Shown piece by piece: positions 19,285 through 28,493 of a DNA stretch of 64,000 nucleotides. Each line of letters starts with the position of its first letter. The first letter of the stretch is position 1. A program made the position numbers and the translations under genes. Source of the stretch: Acidimicrobiia bacterium (GTDB lineage Bacteria > Actinomycetota > Acidimicrobiia > Acidimicrobiales > Bin134); the NCBI GenBank assembly GCA_022822905.1, contig JAJDYE010000008.1, positions 32,846 through 96,845 of the forward strand, read 5' to 3'. Under the pieces are notes generated by a model. It saw only the letters and a list, made by a program, of their open reading frames with translations. It was not told where the DNA came from and did no database searches.

Positions 19285-20727
19285 ATGAAGTTTCGAAAGG
19301 CCGACCCCTTGATGCGAGACCTTCGGCGGGTACTGCCTTCCGACCGGGTGAGGGTAGCCCCGTTGGAGCGCTCGATCATGGGTCGGGACGCGTCGATCTT
19401 CGAAGGCGGCCGAGCCGGACCGGTGTGCTTCCCGATCAGCACTGAGGAAGTACAGGGCTGCGTGGACGCCGCCCGCCGCCATGGCCGGGCGGTGGTACCC
19501 CGGGGAGCGGGGACCGGGCTGGCCGGGGGAGCGGTTCCCCTGGAAGAGCCGGTGGTCGTAGTTGCCACCAAGATGAACCGCTTGCTCTCGGTGGATGCCG
19601 ACCAGCGTGTGGCTTGGGTGCAGCCAGGCATGATCAACCTGGACCTCAGTCGAGCTCTTGCGCCCTATGGTTTGCATTATGCTCCTGACCCCTCAAGCCA
19701 GCAGGTGTGCTCTTTGGGCGGCAATGTGGGCACCAATGCGGGCGGCCCCCATTGTTTGGCCCTTGGGGTGACCAGCGCCCATGTGCTGGCCGCCGAAGTG
19801 GTGCTGATGTCGGGCGAGTCCGTAGTGCTAGGCGATGCCGACGGCTGGACCCCCGGCTTGGATCTGAGGGGGGCGTATGTGGGATCTGAGGGGATGCTTG
19901 GGATCACAACCGCCATTGCGGTACGGCTTACCCGCAATCCTCCTGCGGTGGAAACCCTGCTGTTGGCCTTCGACTCGGTTGACGCGGCGGCCCAGACCGT
20001 TAGCGCGGTAATCGCCGATGGCATCGTGCCCGCGGCCATAGAAATGATGGACAAGAACATCATCTGGGCAGTGGAGAACTTCGTTGGGGCCGGGTTTCCC
20101 ACCGACGCGGCCGCTGTGGTGATCGTGGAGGTAGACGGCCTTCCCGGCGGTGTGGCGGCCGAGGCCGATCGAGTGGCAGAGCTGGCCGTTGAGCGAGGAG
20201 GAAGCGTCCGTCGGGCAACCGACGACGAAGAGCGGGCTCTGATATGGAAGGGGCGTAAGAGCGCGTTTGGGGCCATTGCCCAGATCAAGCCCAACTACTA
20301 CCTGCACGACACGGTGGTTCCCCGGACTCGGCTGGCTGAGGTGATGAACCAGGTGTACGAGATCGTCGACGAGCACGACTTACAGGTGATGAATGTGTTC
20401 CATGCCGGTGACGGCAACCTTCATCCGCTGTTGCTGTACGACGCCCGGGAACCCGGGATCATGGAACGGGTACACGCCGCCGGATCGGCGATAATCGAGG
20501 CGTCGCTGGCCGTGGGCGGTGTGCTGTCGGGCGAACACGGCATCGGTATCGAAAAGCGGGATTTCATGCCGCTGATGTTCAGCGAGGCCGATCTAGACGC
20601 CCAAGCTCGGCTGCGGAGGGCTTTTGATCCAGAAGAGATGGCCAACCCCGGCAAGGTGCTGCCCACAGGAGCGAGCTGCGCTGAAGTGAACGCGCTCGGA
20701 AAAGTCCCCGAAGGGGTTTGGGGATAA
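19285..20727 (+). CDS. glcD: FAD-linked oxidase, glycolate oxidase subunit GlcD-like
   Basis: FAD-binding PCMH motif (VVPRGAGTGLAGGAVP) and C-terminal GEHGIG. Start at ATG 19285; the ORF-track start 19024 overlaps the ClC gene. Confidence 0.85.
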   Translation: MKFRKADPLMRDLRRVLPSDRVRVAPLERSIMGRDASIFEGGRAGPVCFPISTEEVQGCVDAARRHGRAVVPRGAGTGLAGGAVPLEEPVVVVATKMNRLLSVDADQRVAWVQPGMINLDLSRALAPYGLHYAPDPSSQQVCSLGGNVGTNAGGPHCLALGVTSAHVLAAEVVLMSGESVVLGDADGWTPGLDLRGAYVGSEGMLGITTAIAVRLTRNPPAVETLLLAFDSVDAAAQTVSAVIADGIVPAAIEMMDKNIIWAVENFVGAGFPTDAAAVVIVEVDGLPGGVAAEADRVAELAVERGGSVRRATDDEERALIWKGRKSAFGAIAQIKPNYYLHDTVVPRTRLAEVMNQVYEIVDEHDLQVMNVFHAGDGNLHPLLLYDAREPGIMERVHAAGSAIIEASLAVGGVLSGEHGIGIEKRDFMPLMFSEADLDAQARLRRAFDPEEMANPGKVLPTGASCAEVNALGKVPEGVWG

Positions 20728-21636
20728 GTGTCTAGCCGAGAGGCGCCAGCAGATCTGGAATCGTTCGCTGCTGAGGTGGGGACGGATGGCCCGGTGGCGG
20801 TGGTCGGTGGGCGCACTCAATGGGAGATTGGGGGCCAGTGCCCGGAGGAGACCCGCTTGGTGCGGGCCCCGGCTGGGGTGCGTGGTTTCGATCCCGCCGA
20901 CATGACCATTCGGGTGGGTGCCGGTACACCGGTAGAGGAACTCGACGCTGCGCTAGCCGAGGCTGGCCAACGAGCCAACTTGCCGGTATCGCCTGGGGCC
21001 ACGGTGGGCGGTGTGCTGGCTGTCGGCCGCGATGACCTTCATGCTCTCGGCCGGGGGCGGCTTCGGGACGCCCTGCTGGAGGTGGTCTACGTTGGCGACG
21101 ATGGGCGGCTCGTCACCGCGGGCGGTCCGACGGTGAAGAACGTATCGGGCTTCGACTTGTGCCGTTTGCTGGCGGGATCGCTGGGCACGCTGGGATTGCT
21201 CGGCGAAGTTATACTGCGCACGTGGCCCCGGCCGGCGGCGCAGCAATGGCTGGCGGGACCGTGCGATCCGGTGGAATTGCGCCGCAGCATGTATTGGCCG
21301 TCTTCCATCCTGTGGGACGGCGAGATTACGTGGGTTCATTTGGAGGGTCACGAGTCCGATGTGAAGTCCGAGGCTGAACTGGCCCGCTCGCTGGGGTGTG
21401 AGCCCACTGATGGACCGCCACCCCTGCCGGCCTATCGGGTGCCGACTGGAGCGCTGGAGGCGGGGCAGCCAACGGGCAGTTATCTTGTGCAGATCGGTAC
21501 CGGGATGGCCTATGTGTCTGAGCCCCGGCCGATCCCCGGCCCCGGTCCGGCAGTGGTTACCCTTCATCAACGGTTGAAATCCGAGTTCGACCCCCGAGGT
21601 CGGCTCAATCCCGGGCGCGACCCGCTGGCGGCTTGA
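20728..21636 (+). CDS. glcE: Glycolate oxidase FAD-binding subunit GlcE-like
   Basis: FAD_binding_4-like domain (GGRTQW, VKNVSGFDL). Located between the glcD-like and glcF-like genes. Confidence 0.75.
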   Translation: MSSREAPADLESFAAEVGTDGPVAVVGGRTQWEIGGQCPEETRLVRAPAGVRGFDPADMTIRVGAGTPVEELDAALAEAGQRANLPVSPGATVGGVLAVGRDDLHALGRGRLRDALLEVVYVGDDGRLVTAGGPTVKNVSGFDLCRLLAGSLGTLGLLGEVILRTWPRPAAQQWLAGPCDPVELRRSMYWPSSILWDGEITWVHLEGHESDVKSEAELARSLGCEPTDGPPPLPAYRVPTGALEAGQPTGSYLVQIGTGMAYVSEPRPIPGPGPAVVTLHQRLKSEFDPRGRLNPGRDPLAA

Positions 21637-22838
21637 TGACGGCGAAGAAATCGCTCGGAATCGACACCGAGGAGATGGCTTCCAGACCCGCATTGGGAAT
21701 CGACACCGAGGAACTGGCCTCATGCGTGTCGTGTGGGCTGTGCTTGCCCCATTGCCCGACATTTCGGGTGACCGGCGAAGAGTGGGCCTCGCCGCGGGGG
21801 CGCATCAGCGCCATGCGCCAGGTGCAAGACCACGGCATGGCCGTGGACGAGTCCTTCTTAGCCTCGATGGATTCGTGTGTGCAGTGCCGGGGATGCGAGC
21901 CGGCCTGTCCGTCCGGGGTGCCCTTCGGCTCGATGATGGAGGCCACGCAAGCTGAATTGGCTCGACGGCGGCGCGTGGACTGGCGCCGGTGGGGATTCCG
22001 GGTTCTCGGCCATCGCTGGCTGTTGAGCCTGCTGTCTCGGTCGCTGGCCGTGGTCCAGCGGCTTCGGTTGGTGCCTTCCAAGCGACTGGGACTGCCCAAG
22101 ATTCCCCTGGTGCAAGAGCGGCTTCGAGCGACCGGCAACGACGTATGGCTGTTCACCGGCTGCGTGATGGACGCTTGGCAACGATCAACCCACGCCTCGG
22201 TGAAGCGGGTGGTGGAGTCGGCTGGCGCCGGCGTAGCCCTGCCAAGCCCAGGCGCGGCGTGCTGCGGCGCTTTGTCGCTCCATGCTGGTTTGGAAGATCA
22301 TGCCCACGCCCTGGCCGCCCGAACGATGAAGGCCTTGGAGGGTTCAGCCCCGATTCTGGTGGACTCGGCCGGTTGTGGGGCTGTTCTCAAGGAGTACGGC
22401 AAGCACTTGGGCACCCCAGAAGCCGTCGCCTTCAGCGAGCGGGTGATGGACGTACATGAGTGGCTGGCAGCTCAGGCCGACCAACTGCCATCAGTGGGGG
22501 AGCGGCGCCGGGATGTGATCGTCGCGGTTCACGATCCCTGCCATCTGCGCCATGTGCAGCGAGCCCATCAACCGGTGGCCGATGTGTTATCCAGCTACGT
22601 CACTATGGTCACTCTGGACGACGAGGGTCTGTGCTGTGGGGCCGGCGGTGCCTACGCTGCCATGCAACCGGAGCTTGCGGCATCGATCCGTGATCGCAAG
22701 CTGGAGGCCATCAACCGCTCCGGCGCCGATATCGTGGCCAGCGCCAATCCCGGCTGCACCATTCACTTGGCCAATGCCGGGGTGGACGTGCGCCACCCCT
22801 TGGAGATCGTGGACGAGGCAATCGACTATGACGGCTGA
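21636..22838 (+). CDS. glcF: (Fe-S)-binding protein, glycolate oxidase subunit GlcF-like
   Basis: Two ferredoxin-type clusters (CVSCGLCLPHCP, CVQCRGCEPACP) and two CCG-type Cys-rich domains. Confidence 0.85.
   Translation: MTAKKSLGIDTEEMASRPALGIDTEELASCVSCGLCLPHCPTFRVTGEEWASPRGRISAMRQVQDHGMAVDESFLASMDSCVQCRGCEPACPSGVPFGSMMEATQAELARRRRVDWRRWGFRVLGHRWLLSLLSRSLAVVQRLRLVPSKRLGLPKIPLVQERLRATGNDVWLFTGCVMDAWQRSTHASVKRVVESAGAGVALPSPGAACCGALSLHAGLEDHAHALAARTMKALEGSAPILVDSAGCGAVLKEYGKHLGTPEAVAFSERVMDVHEWLAAQADQLPSVGERRRDVIVAVHDPCHLRHVQRAHQPVADVLSSYVTMVTLDDEGLCCGAGGAYAAMQPELAASIRDRKLEAINRSGADIVASANPGCTIHLANAGVDVRHPLEIVDEAIDYDG
21657..21734. repeat. In-frame 39-nt tandem duplication at the glcF 5' end
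   Basis: ggaatcgacaccgagga occurs at 21657 and 21696. The protein reads LGIDTEEMAS..LGIDTEELAS. Confidence 0.9.
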
Positions 22839-23004
22839 GCACATCCGTGAGCAGCTCGAACAGATCGCTGAGCAACTCGACGATCTGGCCGTGTCAGTGC
22901 TGCGCGACGCGGTGGAAGAGGGAGCGACGACGCGGCCCGAAGAGGAGAAAAGGCTGACGCGCGCCCGCCGGTCAGTCGAGAAGGCGATCCAGATCTTGGG
23001 CTAG
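22828..23004 (+). CDS. Small hypothetical protein (58 aa, helical/charged)
   Basis: ATG 22828 overlaps the glcF end by 11 nt. No recognised family. Confidence 0.4.
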   Translation: MTAEHIREQLEQIAEQLDDLAVSVLRDAVEEGATTRPEEEKRLTRARRSVEKAIQILG

Positions 23005-25361
23005 ACGGCTACCGCGTCGTAAAGCGTGGTCCTCTGGCGCAGGGTGCGGCCCAGGGGAGCGCACAGGGCTCGAAGGTCGTCCTCGGTTGCTTCTTGGCCG
23101 TGGGACGCGCCGGCAGCCCTCGAGATGTTCTCGTTGATGAGGGTGCCGCCCAAGTCGTTCACGCCGGCTTGGAGCATCTGGGCGGCCCCCGCCATGCCCA
23201 ACTTCACCCATGATGCCTGGATGTTGTGGATCCACCCGTGGTAGGCGATACGGCCCACGGCGTGCATCAGCAATGCTTCCCGGAAGGTGGGCCCCCGTCG
23301 GGATCGCTTTTGCAGGTAGATGGGGGCGGCCATGTGTACGAACGGAAGCGGGACGAATTCGGTGAACCCGCCGGTCTCCTTTTGGAGCTCACGGGTGCGG
23401 ACCAAGTGGCGAGCCCAGTGCACGGGCTGCTCGACCGTGCCGAACATGATGGTCACGTTGGACCGCAAGCCAAGCCCGTGGGCGGTGCGGTGGGCATCCA
23501 ACCACTCGCCGGTGTCGATTTTGTCGGGGCAGATCACTGCCCGAATCTCATCGTCGAGAATCTCCGCGGCCGTGCCGGGCAGTGAGCGGAGGCCGGCGTC
23601 CATCAACCGGCGCAGATAGTCGGCCAGCGGCTCTTCCAGCCGTCGGGCGCCCTCAGTGACCTCGAGGGCGGTGAATCCGTGGACATGGATGTCGGGTGCC
23701 GCGTCTTTCACCGCCCGGGTGACGTCGATGTAGTAGTCGCCATCGAAGTTGGGGTGGATGCCGCCTTGCAAGCAGACCTCCGTGGCACCGGCCTCGGCCG
23801 CCTCTACCGTGCGCTCGGCGATGTCGTCCAGGCTCAGCAGGTAGGGGTCGCCTCTCAGATTGAGCGACAGCGGGCCTTTGGAGAAACCGCAAAACCGGCA
23901 CTTGAACGTACACACGTTGGTGTAGTTGATGTTGCGGTTGGACACCCAGGTGACGTCGTCTCCCACCGCGCTTTGGCGCAGCTCGTCGGCCAGGGCAGCC
24001 ACCGATCGGACCTCGGGTCCTCGAGCACCAAACAGGGCCACGATCTCTTCGACCCCGACTTCTTGGCCAGCCCGGACCCCGGCAAGCACTTCGCCTATCG
24101 CACCTCCGGTGGCCGCCTGGCCAGCCAGGACACCAGTTTCAGATGGTGTGGCCAGCAGCATCGAGGGCCGGGCAGTGGCGCCAGCCGGGGTTGCGCTCTG
24201 GTCGGACGGCGGTGCGAGCAACTGCGGCGGTGCGGCATCAGCGCCGGAGTACCAGCCGCCGTCATCGGATCGTCCCAGGCCTTCCGCATCGCTGCGGTCA
24301 AGCACGGGGAACCGCATGTCCTGATCGAGCCATCGCTCGGAGTCGAGTGCGTACTCGGGATACACAGTCAGCCGAGGCGCCAATGCGAACCCCTTGGCCT
24401 CTGTGACTGCCCGCAATCGTTCGAGGGCCGGCCATGGACGCTCAGGATTCACGTGGTCGGCGGTGACCGGGGAGACCCCTCCCCAATCGTCGATGCCCGC
24501 ATCGAGCAGCCGACCAAAGTCGTCAGAGAGGTTGGGCGGGGCCTGAAGGTGGATCTCCTCAGGCAGGATGAGACGAGCGAGAGCGATGGCCTCCAGATAC
24601 TCGTCGCCCTCGCAGGGCGGAGCGGCGTGCATGGCCGTGCCCGGCTTGGGCAGGAAATTCTGGAGAATGACCTCTTGAATGTGGCCCCAGCGCCGATGAG
24701 ATTCAGCGATGGCCTCTAGAGCGTCGACTCGGTCGGCGCGAGTTTCCCCGATCCTCACCAGGATTCCGGTGGTGAACGGGATGGCCAGTCGGCCCGCGGC
24801 CTCCAAAGTGGCCAGGCGCCGGTCGGGGGTCTTGTCGGGTGATCCCCGATGGCAGTCCAGATCGGCCAGCGTCTCGAGCATCATCCCCTGCGATGGGGCG
24901 GTCTTGCGGAGCAGGGCCAGTTCCTCGGAATGGAGTGCCCCGGCGTTTGCGTGGGGGAGCAGACCGGTCTTGTCCACCACGAGCCGGGTGGCATGGGCCA
25001 GATAGTCCACGGTGGAGGCAAATCCGTGCTGATTCAGCCACTTTGCGGCATCGGGGTAGCGCAGTTCGGGGCGCTCGCCCAAGGTGAAGAGCGCTTCGTG
25101 GCAGCCGGCGGCCGCTCCCGATTCGGCGATGGCCAGCACGTCGTGATCGCTGAGATAGGGCGACTCCAACCGGGCCGGAGGCTGGGCGAAGGTGCAGTAG
25201 CCGCACTTGTCCCGGCACAGCATGGTGAGGGGGATGAACACCTTCGGGGAATAGGTCACCCGGGCACCGTGCGCTCGATCCCGAATCTCTCGGGCCTGGG
25301 CCATGAGTTCGGCCAGGTCCAGATCCAGAAGGCTATGACTGCCGGTGTCGGTAATTGTCAC
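23001..25361 (-). CDS. fbiC: Bifunctional FO synthase (CofG/CofH fusion), F420 biosynthesis
   Basis: 786 aa with two radical-SAM cores (CRDKCGYCTF and CTFKCRFCGF). The GTG start overlaps the tal stop (GTGA). Confidence 0.93.
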   Translation of the reverse strand: MTITDTGSHSLLDLDLAELMAQAREIRDRAHGARVTYSPKVFIPLTMLCRDKCGYCTFAQPPARLESPYLSDHDVLAIAESGAAAGCHEALFTLGERPELRYPDAAKWLNQHGFASTVDYLAHATRLVVDKTGLLPHANAGALHSEELALLRKTAPSQGMMLETLADLDCHRGSPDKTPDRRLATLEAAGRLAIPFTTGILVRIGETRADRVDALEAIAESHRRWGHIQEVILQNFLPKPGTAMHAAPPCEGDEYLEAIALARLILPEEIHLQAPPNLSDDFGRLLDAGIDDWGGVSPVTADHVNPERPWPALERLRAVTEAKGFALAPRLTVYPEYALDSERWLDQDMRFPVLDRSDAEGLGRSDDGGWYSGADAAPPQLLAPPSDQSATPAGATARPSMLLATPSETGVLAGQAATGGAIGEVLAGVRAGQEVGVEEIVALFGARGPEVRSVAALADELRQSAVGDDVTWVSNRNINYTNVCTFKCRFCGFSKGPLSLNLRGDPYLLSLDDIAERTVEAAEAGATEVCLQGGIHPNFDGDYYIDVTRAVKDAAPDIHVHGFTALEVTEGARRLEEPLADYLRRLMDAGLRSLPGTAAEILDDEIRAVICPDKIDTGEWLDAHRTAHGLGLRSNVTIMFGTVEQPVHWARHLVRTRELQKETGGFTEFVPLPFVHMAAPIYLQKRSRRGPTFREALLMHAVGRIAYHGWIHNIQASWVKLGMAGAAQMLQAGVNDLGGTLINENISRAAGASHGQEATEDDLRALCAPLGRTLRQRTTLYDAVAV

Positions 25362-26461
25362 CGATGGCCTTCCGTCAATCGATCGGCGGTTGTGGCCAGG
25401 CTTTCCAGCAAGTCGTCGAATGACTTCACGAAGGCTGACACCCCCTCGTCCTCCAGCCGGTCGGCCACCGCATCGAGGTCTACGCCGACATTGGCGACTC
25501 CATCCAGAATCGACTGGGCGGCGTCGGGGTCGGCATCCACGGTACGGGCCAGTGTTCCGTGGTCGGTAAACGCTTCCAGGGTGGCGTCAGGCAGCGTGTT
25601 CACAGTGTTGGGCCCGATGAGCTGATCGACATACAGGGTGTCAGGATAAGCCGGGTTCTTGGTGGAAGTGGAAGCCCACAGCGGCCTTTGCACTCGTGCC
25701 CCTCGGGCTTTCAGAGCCTCCCAGCGGGGTCCGGTGAACTGCTCGGTGAACAATTTGTAGGCCACCTGGCCTTGGGCCACCGCAGTTTGACCCCGCAGAG
25801 CCAGCGCCTCTGGAGTGCCAATAGCCTCCAGACGTCGGTCCACTTCGGTGTCGGTGCGGCTGATGAAGAAGGAGGCCACCCCGGAAACTGATGACAGGTC
25901 GCCTGGGCAAGCCTCTAGGCCGCGGAGATAGGCCTCGATCACCTCGGCGTAGCGGGACAACGAGAACAAGAGGGTCACGTTGATGCTGCGCCCTTCAGCG
26001 GTCATGGCCTCGATGGCAGGCAGGCCCTCAGCGGTCCCGGGGATCTTCACGTAGAGATTGGAGCGGTTGACGCGCTGGTGGAGCGCCCGGGCCGCGGCCA
26101 GGGTGCCATCGGTATCGCGGGCCAGCTTGGGATCGACCTCCACCGAGACGAAGCCATCCAGGCCGTCACTGGTGTCGTGTACCGGGGCGAGCGCGTCAAG
26201 GGCGCCCCCGATGTCGCTGAGCACGAGCTCCCAATAGCCATCGGCAACGCTCAATCCGTCGGCCAGCAATCCGGCGAACTGCTCGTCGTATTCGCGCCCC
26301 GAGGTCATGGCCTTCTGAAAGATGCTGGGATTGGAAGTGAGTCCTCGCACGCCGCGCTCAACCCAGCGGTCCAGCTCACCGTTGTTGATCCACTCTCGGC
26401 GCAGATTGTCGAGCCAAGGGCTCTGCCCGTGCTCGCGGTACAAGTCGTGGAGACTGCTCAT
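25358..26461 (-). CDS. tal: Transaldolase
   Basis: SPWLDNLRR, GLTSNPSIF, VSVEV and YVKIPGT motifs. ATG 26461 overlaps the tkt stop (ATGA). Confidence 0.93.
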   Translation of the reverse strand: MSSLHDLYREHGQSPWLDNLRREWINNGELDRWVERGVRGLTSNPSIFQKAMTSGREYDEQFAGLLADGLSVADGYWELVLSDIGGALDALAPVHDTSDGLDGFVSVEVDPKLARDTDGTLAAARALHQRVNRSNLYVKIPGTAEGLPAIEAMTAEGRSINVTLLFSLSRYAEVIEAYLRGLEACPGDLSSVSGVASFFISRTDTEVDRRLEAIGTPEALALRGQTAVAQGQVAYKLFTEQFTGPRWEALKARGARVQRPLWASTSTKNPAYPDTLYVDQLIGPNTVNTLPDATLEAFTDHGTLARTVDADPDAAQSILDGVANVGVDLDAVADRLEDEGVSAFVKSFDDLLESLATTADRLTEGHR

Positions 26462-28440
26462 CTTTGTTGCTCCTCGCTCTCGATCAGCGATACCGCCTGA
26501 GCGGCTACGTTGGCCGGGTTCATCCCCAGCTTGTCCAGCACTTCTGACCCTGGTGCCGACGCCCCGAAGCGGTCGATGCCCACAGGAAGGTCCACCCACC
26601 GCTCCCAGCCCAGTGTTACCCCGGCTTCCACCGACAGCTTGGGCACTCCCGGCAACAGCACGCCTTCCTGGTAGGCCGGGTCTTGTTCGGCGAACAACTC
26701 CCAGCAGGGCATAGAGACCACTCGAGCGCTTACGCCCTGTTCCGAGAGAGCGGTTGCCGCGTCGACGCAGAGCGATACCTCGCTGCCGGAGCCCACCAGT
26801 ATCACCTCGGGGTTGGGCCGGTCGACCAAGGTGTAGGCGCCTCGGGCCACGCCGTCGTCAGCTGCGGTTCCCTCCAAGACAGGCACGTTCTGTCGCGTCA
26901 GGATCATGGCGCTGGGGCCATCGAGATCGACAGCCAGCCGCCACGCTTCCGCCACCTCGTTGCCGTCGGACGGACGGAACACTCGCAGGCCGGGAATGGC
27001 CCGTAGCGACATGACGTGCTCGACTGGCTGGTGGGTGGGGCCGTCCTCGCCGACCCCCACGGAATCGTGGCTCCACACGAAGATGCTGTGGGCCCCCGAC
27101 AATGCAGCCAATCGAACTGCGGGCCGCATGTAGTCGCTGAACACCAGGAAGGTGCCGCCTATCGGGACCACGCCTCCGTGTAGAGCGGCTCCGTTGAGCA
27201 CCGCACCCATGGCATGCTCTCGGATGCCGAAGTAGATCTGGCGTCCGGCAGGGTGGGTCGAGCTGAGCGGTTCGGCGTCGGAGAGGCTGGTTCCGGTGTT
27301 GCCGGTGAGGTCGGCGCCGCCCGCGATCAGGCCCGGGACGACATCGGCCATGGCATTGAGGCAGGCGGAGCTGGCCTTGCGGGTGGCTACCGACTCGCCG
27401 GCGGGCCACGACGGGAGCTTGTTCTCCCAGCCGGGAAGCCCCCTACCAGCCAGGCAAGCCTCGTACTCCGAACGCTGGGGTCCAAGTGCTTCCACCTGTT
27501 GTTGCCAGACCAACCGCTCGGAGGCATTCCGGCGGCCAGCCGCCCGATAGGCATCGAGCACGTCGTCGGGCACATAGAAGGACTTGTCCGCCGGCAGCCC
27601 CATCACTGCCTTGGTAGCCGCTATCTCCTCGTCGAACAGCGAATAGCCGTGGGCCTCGTGGTTATCGGTTTGGCCCGGGGAGGGAAAGGCGACATGACTG
27701 CGGACAATGACCATCGAAGGAGCGTCGTCCACTGCCATTGCCGTTCTGATTCCTGTTTCGAGGGCATCAAGATCCTCGGCAGCCTCACCCAGGTCCACCA
27801 CATGCCAGCCGTAGGCCTCGAATCGCTGGGCCGCGTCGTCAGACAATGACAGGTCGGTCGGCCCGTCAATGGTGATCCGGTTGTCGTCGTACAGGCAGAC
27901 CAGCCGATCGAGGCGCTGATGCCCAGCCAGCGAGGCAGCCTCATGGCTGATCCCCTCTGAGAGGTCGCCGTCGCTGCATAGAGCGAACACCCGGTGATCG
28001 CAGACATCGGCGCCGAAGCGGTGACGCAGCCAGCGCTCGGCCAGGGCCATTCCCACCGCGTTGGCGATTCCTTGGCCTAGCGGCCCGGTTGTGACCTCCA
28101 CACCCGCGGTGTGACCGGCCTCAGGATGTCCGGGAGTGCGGCTTCCCCACTGGCGGAAGTCCCGCAGGTCGTCCAGGGTCAGCCCTTGGCCGGTCAAATG
28201 GAGCATCGAGTACAGCAGGATGGAGGCGTGGCCGGCGCTGAGCACGAACCGGTCCCGGTCGGGCCAAGTCGGGTCGTCGGCGTCGTAGCTCATTATTCGG
28301 GTCCAAAGCACATGAGCCAGTGGTGCCATAGCCATGGCCGTCCCCTGATGCCCGGAGCGGGCTTGGTGAGGGGCGTCCATGGCAAGGCCGCGGATCACGC
28401 TGATGCCTTGGCTTTCGAGAGCGGCGGGGAACGCGGGCAT
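26458..28440 (-). CDS. tkt: Transketolase
   Basis: SGHQGTAM, GPLGQGI, DGDLSEGI, GEDGPTHQP and FRPSDGNE motifs. Confidence 0.95.
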   Translation of the reverse strand: MPAFPAALESQGISVIRGLAMDAPHQARSGHQGTAMAMAPLAHVLWTRIMSYDADDPTWPDRDRFVLSAGHASILLYSMLHLTGQGLTLDDLRDFRQWGSRTPGHPEAGHTAGVEVTTGPLGQGIANAVGMALAERWLRHRFGADVCDHRVFALCSDGDLSEGISHEAASLAGHQRLDRLVCLYDDNRITIDGPTDLSLSDDAAQRFEAYGWHVVDLGEAAEDLDALETGIRTAMAVDDAPSMVIVRSHVAFPSPGQTDNHEAHGYSLFDEEIAATKAVMGLPADKSFYVPDDVLDAYRAAGRRNASERLVWQQQVEALGPQRSEYEACLAGRGLPGWENKLPSWPAGESVATRKASSACLNAMADVVPGLIAGGADLTGNTGTSLSDAEPLSSTHPAGRQIYFGIREHAMGAVLNGAALHGGVVPIGGTFLVFSDYMRPAVRLAALSGAHSIFVWSHDSVGVGEDGPTHQPVEHVMSLRAIPGLRVFRPSDGNEVAEAWRLAVDLDGPSAMILTRQNVPVLEGTAADDGVARGAYTLVDRPNPEVILVGSGSEVSLCVDAATALSEQGVSARVVSMPCWELFAEQDPAYQEGVLLPGVPKLSVEAGVTLGWERWVDLPVGIDRFGASAPGSEVLDKLGMNPANVAAQAVSLIESEEQQR

Positions 28441-28456
28441 AAATCGGCCGGTCCTT

Positions 28457-28488
28457 TCAGATGGTCATGGGAAATGTCGGATGGTCAT
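28457..28488 (-). other. Two consecutive mini-ORFs (MTIRHFP, MTI) bridging the FIST gene and tkt
   Basis: Minus strand: ATG 28488 overlaps the FIST stop (28487-28485). Its TGA (28467-28465) overlaps the second ATG (28468). The second TGA is at 28459-28457, 16 nt before tkt ATG 28440. Confidence 0.4.
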
Positions 28489-28493
28489 GGGAA
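28460..28493. repeat. Perfect 14-bp direct repeat (gatggtcatgggaa) with 20-bp period
   Basis: Copies at 28460-28473 and 28480-28493, across the FIST stop and the FIST-tkt spacer. Confidence 0.95.
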
